Shown: piece after piece, positions 8,009 through 17,221 of the stretch | Position numbering within the stretch: the first letter of the stretch is position 1 | Layout: each line of letters begins with the position of its first letter | DNA from: an uncultured virus (IMG/VR IMGVR_UViG_3300047357_001465) | Lineage: Duplodnaviria; Heunggongvirae; Uroviricota; Caudoviricetes | Virus record (IMG/VR): IMGVR_UViG_3300047357_001465 | Strand: one strand, 5' to 3' | DNA length: 64,000 nt | Notes under the pieces: generated by a model | What the model saw: the letters and a program-made list of their open reading frames with translations, nothing else | What the model was told of the DNA's origin: nothing | Databases searched by the model: none | Translations under genes and position numbers: made by a program

Positions 8009-11000
8009 ATGGCTATAGAAAATAGTTACCTACCACCAGGTGTTTACACAAGCACCGTATTTGGGAATCAAAACCAAAACCAAGCTCGACTGCAAGGCAG
8101 GGTGCCTACCTTAATCGGCACAGGTCGCCAGACCATCGAGAGCAAGGGCAGTCTCCTCGTAAGAGGCTCGTCTGCTGTGGTTGATCAACGGATCGTAGAA
8201 GAAGATCCATCAGGCAGAATGGTTGCAGGAGAGAATCCCGATGGGAGTTACACCTATCAGGACTTCGACGGCGAGACAAACCAACTTCAGGTCAGGAAAT
8301 GGCCTATCGTCACGGGTGACGGGTCTGGGACTAACGCTACGGTTCCTTCTTCTGTTACCGTGAGCATCAACGGCATTAACACTGTCGTTCTCGCAGTTGA
8401 TGGTGCTGAAGGAGTTCTTACTATCGCGGAAGCCCCTAAGCAAGGAGACGACGTAAGAGTTTCTTACTTCTTCAACCGCACGGACACTTTCGTAGAAGAG
8501 GAAAACCTTTCTAGTCAGGTGTCTCCTTTCGACACAGAACTTCTCGGAAGTAGTTCCCCCTTCGTGATCGACAATACCTCTAACACTCTTATCTTAACTG
8601 TAGATGGTGTGACAGGTGTTATCACACTCCCTAACGGAGCTCAGGGTGATCGAGCGAACTCCCTCCAGCGTGTCATCGCAACCATTAATGGTGCAGGGCT
8701 TGCTTCTCTCGAAGCAGACTCCTACAAAGACACGGAAGGTGGCGACAACCTCATCCTGACAGCAGAGGGGTCGATCCTTGTAGGTAACGGCACAGCTAAC
8801 ACCACTATCGGTGTTTACTTGAACCAGACAGGCAATGAACGCACCCGCACGTTCTTTACTCAGTATGGCCCTATTGTAGACGGAACAAACAGTGGAGTTA
8901 TTACTACCTCCACTGACAATGTGACCGTTAGGGTTGACGGGGTAATTGTAGCGGTTGAGTCTGTAGACGGTTCAACGAACGCTATCACCCTCGCACTCCC
9001 CCCTAAAGTAGGTACTGTCATTAGTGTTGACTACTACCACAATACTTTCAGAGATCAGTTCGACTACGTGTCGGGTCGTGACATCACCTCCATCGACAGA
9101 GTTTCTCTTGTCGCATCAGGCGGTGGCTCAGCGGCCTTGTTTGTCGAAGACGTGGACTTTGTACTCTCAGACGACAAGATTGTCTGGGGTACAGCGACAG
9201 TTGCCTCTGCGGGTGCAGTACAGAATGGCCAGACCCCTTTCGGCAACAACCAAGTGTCTCCAACTCTCCGAGATGAGAGAGCCTATCTTTTAGAGTGTTC
9301 TTCTGTAATTACGAATGCCGTCCCTCCTAGAGTCCTCCAAAACGTCTTTAAACTCCCCTTCCAGCCCGTTGACGGATCTGGTGCAGGGAAAGCCACTAAC
9401 AGAGCTGATCTTGTCACAGTGAGGACAGGAGTCTCCCTCTCAGACGCCCTTGTCAACCCTCTTGCAGTTGTGACTAAGGTTGACCCTCAGACTTCACAGG
9501 TAACTCTCGCCTCTGATATCCCTGCGAACCATAAGGTGTTTGCGAGCTTCTACTACTCCAATATTCAAGACAAGTTCGGAGATAAAGCGTATCGAGTCGA
9601 GGTTGAGTCTGCGGGAGCTTCTGGAGTTGGCACTTACTCTGTTAAGTCTTTAAACGAGACTCTTTATAACGTGACTCTTGAAGACAAAGGTACAGACCTT
9701 AGTGAAATCGCCTTGAACTTCCCTTCAGGGTCTGAGTCCATGTCAGGTGCTAGAGTTATAGGAGGCACCCCTGTGGCGGAGAATGTCACCGTTGAGCTTC
9801 GTAGTTACGACGAGACTCCTGCGATCTTCTTCACCGAAGGCTTCGGAGACTACTTCCTCGTCGAGGGTGCTTCAGACACTCTTGCTATTGAGGCAGACCT
9901 TCAGGCAATCACGATTGACTTCTCTGCCCCTATGGGTGCTGGTCGTAACGGTCACATTGCGACTCTTGTAAGTGACTTACTTACGTATGACGTTGCGAGC
10001 AACAACACTAACTACGGTGCGACAGCATTAACAAGAGCGGTCACTCTCACTGTGGATGGCGTAACTCTCGCAGAAGCTTCTATTAACGGCGTAGGTGACG
10101 ATGTTGAGACTTGGGTCGGTGCTATCAACACAGCAGCGAACGCTTCTGCACCTGTTTACACAGCCATGTCTAGCTTCTCTGCTTGGGAAGCGAAGGCAAA
10201 TTCATATGCTGGCTTCAAGTTCCGTTTCGTCGGCGACTCGAATGGTGCTTCTGCCGTAGCCTCTGCCACGATTGGTGCGGCTGTTTACCTCAGCCCCGAC
10301 GACCTCGCTAACGCTGTTGGCGTGGCGATTACTAATGCAATCACCGCAGACATCGTTGGTGCAAACGCAGACTTTACAGGTCTTGATCTCAGTTGCTCTG
10401 CGGATAACACGGGCCGTTTAGTATTTAGTTTGGATTCTCTTCCAAACGCTAACGACTCATACGGATTTATTGAGTTCATCGCAGATACTGAAGATACGTT
10501 CCTCAGTATTGCAGGCGTAGACTTCGATACTCAGAACGCAACCACGAATGGCAACGGCACTCAGACTAAGTTTGGTTTCCTCCCTGTCGCGGCACACTCA
10601 CGCACCACCCTTACTTCAGGCGAGCTCCGTGACCGCTTGATTCTTAAAGGTAGGACTGTTATAGGTAACAAGTACTTCCCAACATCAGATCTAGGTGTAT
10701 CTGTTGATCAGGGTGTGCGGGTCGAAGATGCTGGCCTCAGTGCTGGCGACTCCGCTGTTGCTTCAAGAAGATCTGTAGTTGATGCCCCAAGTGTCCTCCT
10801 TCGTTTGGGTTGGGGTGATGTAGACGCTCTTGGTATTCCTGCAAAGACACTGTACAGTGCTGGCAATGACCAGAATGACACTCTTGTTCTTGAGATTGAC
10901 GGTAGTACTGTCACTATCAATTTATCAGATGCTACGGCTCAAGGTAATCTCACTTCAATTACAGATATCCTTGATGATGTAGTAATCGCGGTAGGTGTAA

Positions 11001-12820
11001 ATGCCACTGCTCACATTGAGGGTGCGGGCATCCGTGTTATCAATGCAAACTCTAACATTGATTCCTATATTAGAGTTGGTGCAGGTAACGGTAATTCATC
11101 TTTCGGTTTAACTGAGGGTGAGTCTGTTTCTTCTGTAGGTGTCACCGCCCAAGCTTTGACCTCAGCTCTTATGAGTGATGTTGTTGCGAAGGCCTCTTTC
11201 GCAACTGCTCTCTTCTCTATTGAGCCAAGCACAGACGCAATCGCGGGTCACTACGCAGAGAAAGCTGTGTCTTACCTCCACGTAAACCAAACAGGTCGTA
11301 GTTTTGTTGGTTTCGAGAGTCTCTCAACTAGTACCAGCTCTATCCTTGAAGTTACAGGGGGTCGTGTTGCTACAACTAGAGGAAGTGGTACGAAGATCAC
11401 CGTAGGCGACGGAGCTGTCGGAGAGAATGCGTATCAAGGGTTTGTGGTCACTTCCGATAACCCGAAGGGTTCGGGGTCAGCTAATGACTCACGCCTCAAC
11501 GACGGTTCTGGCTCAGATGGTGTTGTAGGACAGACTTATATTGATTCAGTAACAGGCCTCACCTTCTCCCTCCTCGCAAGAGAAGGTGGTTTGTCATACC
11601 CTACAGGTGTCAACGCAAGAGTTCTCTTCAGCGTATCCACTACCCTGACAACCGACGCTAATATTCCTGTGTCTCTCATACAAGGTGTTGAACTCACTGT
11701 GTCTAACACACTCAACACACAGGCAGGAGACATTGCTCTCGTAGAGACTTTTGTTAAGAGTGGTTCTGAGCCTTCTATAGGTCAGACCTACTATGTTGAC
11801 TTCACCCGTGTTAGATCACTCTTTAACACTCGTACCTTCACCTCTCTCGGAGACGTGGTAGCCACCTATGGGCCTCTGAGTCCAGAGAACTCTTTGAGCT
11901 TGGGTGCTTACCTCGCGTTTGCTAATGGTGCTTCTGCAATTGCTTGTAGGCAGATCCCTCTCGCGAAGGGTCAGAGTATTGCTACCGAGGATCAAGTCAT
12001 CTCGGCAATTTCTGGTGTTGAAGGTGAGATCACACCAGGTCTTTCACCTTCTGTGATTGTGCCTGTTTATCCTGCGACATCAGCAATCCTCTCCGCAATC
12101 TCTAACCATTGTGACATTCAGTCTTCACTTCGTTATCGTTCAGAGCGTCGTGCTGTTGTTGGCGTAAAACCTGGCACTCAGCCAAGAGAAGTTCAGCTTC
12201 TCGCACAAGCAACAGGAAACTCAAGAGTTTGCATTGTTTACCCTGACATCGCCACTCTTACTTTCATAAACGACGTGGGAGTCAGTCAGAGCTTCCTCGT
12301 CGGCGGTGAATATGTTGCGGTGGGTGTCGCTCTTGCTACAAGCAACCCTAGTGTAGACAGTGCGACCCCTTGGACGGGTCGTGTAATCAATGGTCTTTCT
12401 TCACTTTCAAGAACTCTTGATGAGGTTGACGCGAACGCGACAGCTAAAGCGGGTGTGACTGTTATAAGTCAGAGAGCGGACGGTATCAAGGTCAGACATG
12501 GTTTGACCACAAACATGACTTCTACTCTCACTAAGACCCCTACGGTTATCCAGATCGCAGATGACGTTCAGATTCGATCTCGTAACCTCTTGAGTAGGTA
12601 CATCGGTGTGAAGTACGTACCTCAGGTCATACAGCAGATTGAGGGTCGTTTGAACGCTTTCTTGAAGCAACTCGTCCGAGACCAGATCATCTCAACCTAC
12701 ACAGGCTTGAGTGTTCGTCGAGATCCCGAAGACCCAACCCAATTGAACGTGGAGGTCTTCTACAAGCCCGTGTACCCCCTCCTCTATATTCAATTCACCT
12801 TTACTCTTCAGGGTGGCTGA
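8009..12820 (+). CDS. contractile tail sheath protein with large insertions
   Basis: N-terminal YLPPGVY; C-terminal sheath core ending VEVFYKPVYPLLYIQFTF. Confidence 0.85.
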   Translation: MAIENSYLPPGVYTSTVFGNQNQNQARLQGRVPTLIGTGRQTIESKGSLLVRGSSAVVDQRIVEEDPSGRMVAGENPDGSYTYQDFDGETNQLQVRKWPIVTGDGSGTNATVPSSVTVSINGINTVVLAVDGAEGVLTIAEAPKQGDDVRVSYFFNRTDTFVEEENLSSQVSPFDTELLGSSSPFVIDNTSNTLILTVDGVTGVITLPNGAQGDRANSLQRVIATINGAGLASLEADSYKDTEGGDNLILTAEGSILVGNGTANTTIGVYLNQTGNERTRTFFTQYGPIVDGTNSGVITTSTDNVTVRVDGVIVAVESVDGSTNAITLALPPKVGTVISVDYYHNTFRDQFDYVSGRDITSIDRVSLVASGGGSAALFVEDVDFVLSDDKIVWGTATVASAGAVQNGQTPFGNNQVSPTLRDERAYLLECSSVITNAVPPRVLQNVFKLPFQPVDGSGAGKATNRADLVTVRTGVSLSDALVNPLAVVTKVDPQTSQVTLASDIPANHKVFASFYYSNIQDKFGDKAYRVEVESAGASGVGTYSVKSLNETLYNVTLEDKGTDLSEIALNFPSGSESMSGARVIGGTPVAENVTVELRSYDETPAIFFTEGFGDYFLVEGASDTLAIEADLQAITIDFSAPMGAGRNGHIATLVSDLLTYDVASNNTNYGATALTRAVTLTVDGVTLAEASINGVGDDVETWVGAINTAANASAPVYTAMSSFSAWEAKANSYAGFKFRFVGDSNGASAVASATIGAAVYLSPDDLANAVGVAITNAITADIVGANADFTGLDLSCSADNTGRLVFSLDSLPNANDSYGFIEFIADTEDTFLSIAGVDFDTQNATTNGNGTQTKFGFLPVAAHSRTTLTSGELRDRLILKGRTVIGNKYFPTSDLGVSVDQGVRVEDAGLSAGDSAVASRRSVVDAPSVLLRLGWGDVDALGIPAKTLYSAGNDQNDTLVLEIDGSTVTINLSDATAQGNLTSITDILDDVVIAVGVNATAHIEGAGIRVINANSNIDSYIRVGAGNGNSSFGLTEGESVSSVGVTAQALTSALMSDVVAKASFATALFSIEPSTDAIAGHYAEKAVSYLHVNQTGRSFVGFESLSTSTSSILEVTGGRVATTRGSGTKITVGDGAVGENAYQGFVVTSDNPKGSGSANDSRLNDGSGSDGVVGQTYIDSVTGLTFSLLAREGGLSYPTGVNARVLFSVSTTLTTDANIPVSLIQGVELTVSNTLNTQAGDIALVETFVKSGSEPSIGQTYYVDFTRVRSLFNTRTFTSLGDVVATYGPLSPENSLSLGAYLAFANGASAIACRQIPLAKGQSIATEDQVISAISGVEGEITPGLSPSVIVPVYPATSAILSAISNHCDIQSSLRYRSERRAVVGVKPGTQPREVQLLAQATGNSRVCIVYPDIATLTFINDVGVSQSFLVGGEYVAVGVALATSNPSVDSATPWTGRVINGLSSLSRTLDEVDANATAKAGVTVISQRADGIKVRHGLTTNMTSTLTKTPTVIQIADDVQIRSRNLLSRYIGVKYVPQVIQQIEGRLNAFLKQLVRDQIISTYTGLSVRRDPEDPTQLNVEVFYKPVYPLLYIQFTFTLQGG

Positions 12821-12884
12821 TTTGTAGTGTATTTATCCTCCGCCTTTTCTAGTTTAACACTACTAAGAGAAGGCAGGGATAACC

Positions 12885-13823
12885 ATGTATGACCATAAGA
12901 TCCGAGAACTCCAAGGGAGGTTGCTTCGCTTAGAGCGAGTAGCTTCTCAGGGCGACGAGGGCAGGTTCTTTGACAACCCTCTGGTAAGGTCTGTCAGAGA
13001 GTTTGCCGAGTCGGAGGCGATCTCTAATGATCTTCAGGTATCAGAGAATGCTTCTGATACCTTAGATTCTGAGAAGTCAAAAGAGCTACTTAAAGCAGAA
13101 TCAGTTTTCGCACCCCCAACTCCAGCAGAGACCCGAAAAAAGCCAGGTGGCGAAGAGTTTTCAACCCTGAATCAGTTTGTATTAGAGACTGAGGAGGGTG
13201 TGAGGATGCCCTCCCCCGAAAAAGCGGAGCAACCCCCTCAGTCTTTGGAGGAAGGTAAGCTGGATCTCAAGCAGAAAGCTGAGGATCGAGTGATAACCAG
13301 AAGTGAGAAGCTACGTGCTATAAGAGAAGTCATGAAAAAGAAGTCTAGCGGGGCTTGGCTTTTACGGCAAAGGTCACTCCAGAGAAGGAAAGAAGACAGT
13401 CGTTCTAATGGGAAACGTCGCCAAGACGATGAAGATGAGTTGACGGACAGCCAGCGTGAGGTTCAGCGAGAGAAAAGGGACTATGAGAGGAGAAAGGAGA
13501 AAGAACAGAAAGAGAAAGAACAGAAAGAGAAAGCCAAAGAGGAAAGAAAGAAAAACTTAGATCAACGCAAGCAGGATCAAGTCAGTGCGAGAGCCCAAGC
13601 GAAGGAAAAGAAAATAAAGTCTTTAGAGCAACAGGCGAAAGGGTACTCGAAAATGAAAGGAACCGAAAAAAGCCAATTTGTTAGAGTCGTGTACAAGCTA
13701 CTCGACCGACAAGGCTCAAGTGGAGCGAAAGATGACCTGCAGTATAAATTGAAGAAGACTAAAAACCCCGAAGAAAAAAGCCAAGAAATTATTCGAGCCC
13801 TCAACTCTCTACGAAAAGGATAG
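12885..13823 (+). CDS. charged putative head-internal protein
   Basis: Leader-like start KIRELQGRLLRLERVAS; K/E-rich; upstream late motif. Confidence 0.55.
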   Translation: MYDHKIRELQGRLLRLERVASQGDEGRFFDNPLVRSVREFAESEAISNDLQVSENASDTLDSEKSKELLKAESVFAPPTPAETRKKPGGEEFSTLNQFVLETEEGVRMPSPEKAEQPPQSLEEGKLDLKQKAEDRVITRSEKLRAIREVMKKKSSGAWLLRQRSLQRRKEDSRSNGKRRQDDEDELTDSQREVQREKRDYERRKEKEQKEKEQKEKAKEERKKNLDQRKQDQVSARAQAKEKKIKSLEQQAKGYSKMKGTEKSQFVRVVYKLLDRQGSSGAKDDLQYKLKKTKNPEEKSQEIIRALNSLRKG

Positions 13824-13826
13824 AAA

Positions 13827-14384
13827 ATGTCTACAGATCTTAATCTTACAAGCGAAGACCTCATAGTAATGAAGCACGGTGACAGATGCCCCGTCACCGC
13901 AGGGGCGACCCTAAGAAGCACAGGGTGGAAAGCTGGCTATTGGGTGAAGTATGCTGAAAATGAAAACAGTGCTTCTGAGTTCACCGTGGAACTCGCAGAC
14001 GGTGTGTACGCTACGGGTTTTTTGATGTACGGCAGTGAAGATTACTCAAACGCAAGGCAAAGCAACTATAGGAACTTCACATCCTACCAGCAAAGAGGAG
14101 CCCTAGCATCTGCTTCAGGGGCATCTGTCTTGACCATGATTATGGGAGGCGGGAGATTTCTATTTTCTCAATTTGAGAGATTCAATCTTGACGTAAATGG
14201 AGACCGTACCATCCCTGCGAATTACGCTCTAAATGATAATCTTAAAGTGTCCGAGAATGGAGTTCTCTGCAACGACACGGACGCCCGTCTCCTAGCCAAA
14301 ACGGGAGGGACACTAGCTCTCCTTGTTGGGGTCTGTTGTAAAACTCCTGTGGATGGTAAATTAGGACTCGACCTGAAATTCTAA
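13827..14384 (+). CDS. capsid decoration-like protein (paralog of 23336..23917)
   Basis: YALNDNLKVSENGVLCND resembles YSAGDSLRASVNGYLTND. Confidence 0.5.
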   Translation: MSTDLNLTSEDLIVMKHGDRCPVTAGATLRSTGWKAGYWVKYAENENSASEFTVELADGVYATGFLMYGSEDYSNARQSNYRNFTSYQQRGALASASGASVLTMIMGGGRFLFSQFERFNLDVNGDRTIPANYALNDNLKVSENGVLCNDTDARLLAKTGGTLALLVGVCCKTPVDGKLGLDLKF

Positions 14385-14414
14385 ATATATAATAGGTTTT
14401 GAAAGGAGACAAAA

Positions 14415-14771
14415 TTGAGAAAATCACTACCAGGGATCGGGCATTGGCAAGAGTTCGACAAGATAAATACGACGTTAGAAGTAAATTACACCGTAAAGGT
14501 ACTAGCTTCAATTCGAGGCGTGACTTATCGTCGAATTGAAGAAACGGAAACTAAAGGGATTTTCCACTTGAGGTTTTCTGTGAAGGGATACGGTGACTTT
14601 TTTTTGATGTATTCGGATTGCGACGAGGACTTCGCGAAGAAAGCAAAAAAGTCTTGGTCTGGCATCTTAAGTTATGTGGCCTCTCACCCCAATATCAGAT
14701 GGGTGGACATTGAGTTCACACCCACTAATTCAATAATCAAGACTGTGATCTCACACTTAAGTAAGAAGTGA
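14415..14771 (+). CDS. hypothetical protein
   Basis: AAGGAG RBS with a TTG start. Confidence 0.55.
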   Translation: MRKSLPGIGHWQEFDKINTTLEVNYTVKVLASIRGVTYRRIEETETKGIFHLRFSVKGYGDFFLMYSDCDEDFAKKAKKSWSGILSYVASHPNIRWVDIEFTPTNSIIKTVISHLSKK

Positions 14772-14819
14772 AATTAACGAAAACTCTCCAAGAAACACAC
14801 TAACCTATGTGGGCATAAG

Positions 14820-15695
14820 ATGAACAGAAAAGCAGGACACGTAAAAGATATAATCCTCGATGAGATCGAAAATAGAGAAGATGAACTTAAAAGATATATA
14901 CTAGTCAACACCGAGTTGGAAGACCACCCTTTCTTCATAGAGCTTCTAGCAGGGAATTTAAAAAGAGCCTATAGGAAAGCAAAGGGCTTTAACTTGAAGC
15001 AGGTGGTTGCCGAAATCGGACAAAGCGTAGAGGCCAAGCTTAAGGTTGCGAACGAGGCTCATGTAGTAGAAGAGATCCGACAGTACGCCATCAACAAAGG
15101 TCAAGACCGTCTGCAAAGCATGATTGATAGTATCATTACCAACCAAGCTAGACTCATGATCAAAGGAAATTGGAGTCGGCCGCGAGGTGTTAAGGGGTTC
15201 TCTAATCTTGTAACAACAGCTATCAAATTGTATCGAAAGGAACTCCCCCTCTCGTCACATATACCTAGTAGGGTTTCCCGCACCGCCAAAACTAAGGCGG
15301 CTGAACATCTCTTGGATTGGTACTTCGACCAAATCGAAGAGAGAGTTGAAGACATGGGAGGGGTTTATGACATATTAGATATGTCAATCCTACTCAACCC
15401 TGATAGAGTCCTCCCTAAATCGCTAGAGGTTGGGGGGAGAAATTTATCTTATGAAGACTTCCTCAACCTCCTCCTAAAGGCGAGGAAGAAAATGCGGTTT
15501 GACCCAGATGTTTATCTCAACTATGACCCTCCCCCATCTGGAAGACAGGGCTACCTGAGAGCCGAAGTTCAGGTGACTACCGACGAAGACACACGGACGC
15601 CACTTTTACTCTCTTTTGATATTAAAAGCGACCTGAGAAGAAGTCTAGAAGAAGATATTGAGCGTGTTCTTCAAGCGGCCTCTATGAATACATAA
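14820..15695 (+). CDS. hypothetical protein
   Basis: 291-aa ORF starting MNRKAG. Confidence 0.6.
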   Translation: MNRKAGHVKDIILDEIENREDELKRYILVNTELEDHPFFIELLAGNLKRAYRKAKGFNLKQVVAEIGQSVEAKLKVANEAHVVEEIRQYAINKGQDRLQSMIDSIITNQARLMIKGNWSRPRGVKGFSNLVTTAIKLYRKELPLSSHIPSRVSRTAKTKAAEHLLDWYFDQIEERVEDMGGVYDILDMSILLNPDRVLPKSLEVGGRNLSYEDFLNLLLKARKKMRFDPDVYLNYDPPPSGRQGYLRAEVQVTTDEDTRTPLLLSFDIKSDLRRSLEEDIERVLQAASMNT

Positions 15696-15835
15696 GGGAA
15701 CTACGAGAGATATAGTTGGAGAGATAGAACGTCAAAGACGTGGATCAGAAGAGTAAGTCAAATAGATTTGATCTGGTTCGTGATACGATTTGGAAAAACC
15801 AAGAAGTACCTCCGCCTAATGGTCTGCTCGTAAGG

Positions 15836-16486
15836 TTAAGACTCAGACCATCTAAAGAAACGGTCATCCTCTTTGTGTGTGATCCCCTTACGCTTCACTT
15901 TACCTGTCTTCTTGCCCCGCACGTAACGTTCTAAAGAAGTGAAGTGCCTCCGCTCTAGGTCAGATAGATCATCAACTGTGATCTTTTCTTCAACCAAAAG
16001 CCAAAAACGACTCGCGGCTCGGGCTACCCAAAAGGCATCAGCTTGGTGGTTATTCCATCTCTTAGCCCCTTGACCTTCGGTAGCTTGCTTTGCGGCATCT
16101 ACCATATCGCCTTTACCCATCTTCCAACCTTTGGGTCGATTAAGAAAAGCGGCGGCGTGGGCTTTGACTTGATTGGGTGAAAGATAAACCGTATCTACCT
16201 TTTCGAGCATGAGGGCTTCATTGCTATAGAGAAATAGACCATACATCCCTTCACTATAAAGGTCATTGAAGATAGGGGACTCAATACCTACCCTCATCGC
16301 ATCATTCGGATATTTCTCTCTTATCTCTCGAATCAGTTCTTTCAATCCATCCCTAAGGTACATGTACCTTGTTACAAAGACTTCAGAAGCCTCTGTCTTC
16401 ATTGTTCCTTTGTCGAGGAAGCTCCCGTCATCGCGGATAAGCGTCCAGCCGAAGTTCCTTAGACTTGGGTCTAGTCCTAGTATCAT
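15836..16486 (-). CDS. ruvC: RuvC-like Holliday junction resolvase
   Basis: MILGLDPSLRNFG, IESP and ADAF acidic catalytic motifs. Confidence 0.8.
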   Translation of the reverse strand: MILGLDPSLRNFGWTLIRDDGSFLDKGTMKTEASEVFVTRYMYLRDGLKELIREIREKYPNDAMRVGIESPIFNDLYSEGMYGLFLYSNEALMLEKVDTVYLSPNQVKAHAAAFLNRPKGWKMGKGDMVDAAKQATEGQGAKRWNNHQADAFWVARAASRFWLLVEEKITVDDLSDLERRHFTSLERYVRGKKTGKVKRKGITHKEDDRFFRWSES

Positions 16487-16563
16487 ATCAACCTCTCTGT
16501 TTTTATGGGCAATAGTTCATTTATAAGATAAAGTTCCTACACTGCAAGAAAAGGAGCTTCGAT

Positions 16564-17211
16564 ATGTCTGAGAAAGATATGGGTCTATTACCAATAATGT
16601 CACCTTTGTTCAATCTCAGGGAGACCTGTAAACAGATGTCTCTCCTCGAAGACCATTTGAATAATGTCAGGAAGAGATGCCCTGATTGTATCAGAAAGCA
16701 CTTCCTTACGATAGAGGCACTGTTTGAAGAAGCAGTTTCTCTCGACAAAGACCGTGAGTACGCGGAAATTCTTGATGGGAAAGCTCAAGATATCAGGGAC
16801 TTGCAGGGGTCTTGGTTAGATGACGACAGTGACGAGAACTATCTCCTCGTCGCTCAAGCTCTCCGAGCTATCCGCAAGGAGTTTGCCCCGCTGTGTTTTG
16901 ATGTCAGGAAACTTGCTAGGGTTGAGAGACTAAGTTCACAGCGACATTTTTGTAGTGGGTATAGTGGTGTTTCTTTTTCTAACCTCAGAGATCTCGCGAA
17001 GAGAGCCACTAAAAGTGAAGTGGAAAAAGAAGATGAGGCAATCGCTTCCCTTGTTCGCAGGGACCCAAAGAAGAAACCGCCGAGAAAAGATCTTAGGGAG
17101 AATCGGTACAACACAGGCGACCGTGACCTTGAAGGCTTGGGGCGAGGTGACGGCGGAGACCCTCACCTTTCTAGGAGAGACAGGAAGATGAGTAGTCGAA
17201 GGTATCTCTGA
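16564..17211 (+). CDS. Cys/His-motif protein (LLEDHL...RCPDCIRKHFL)
   Basis: AAGGAG RBS; upstream late motif; charged tail ending SSRRYL. Confidence 0.6.
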   Translation: MSEKDMGLLPIMSPLFNLRETCKQMSLLEDHLNNVRKRCPDCIRKHFLTIEALFEEAVSLDKDREYAEILDGKAQDIRDLQGSWLDDDSDENYLLVAQALRAIRKEFAPLCFDVRKLARVERLSSQRHFCSGYSGVSFSNLRDLAKRATKSEVEKEDEAIASLVRRDPKKKPPRKDLRENRYNTGDRDLEGLGRGDGGDPHLSRRDRKMSSRRYL

Positions 17212-17221
17212 GGAGTAAAAT

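Noticed and set aside
15696..15934. Small ORF or read-through after 14820..15695
   Set aside because: No RBS or recognisable similarity; overlaps ruvC antisense
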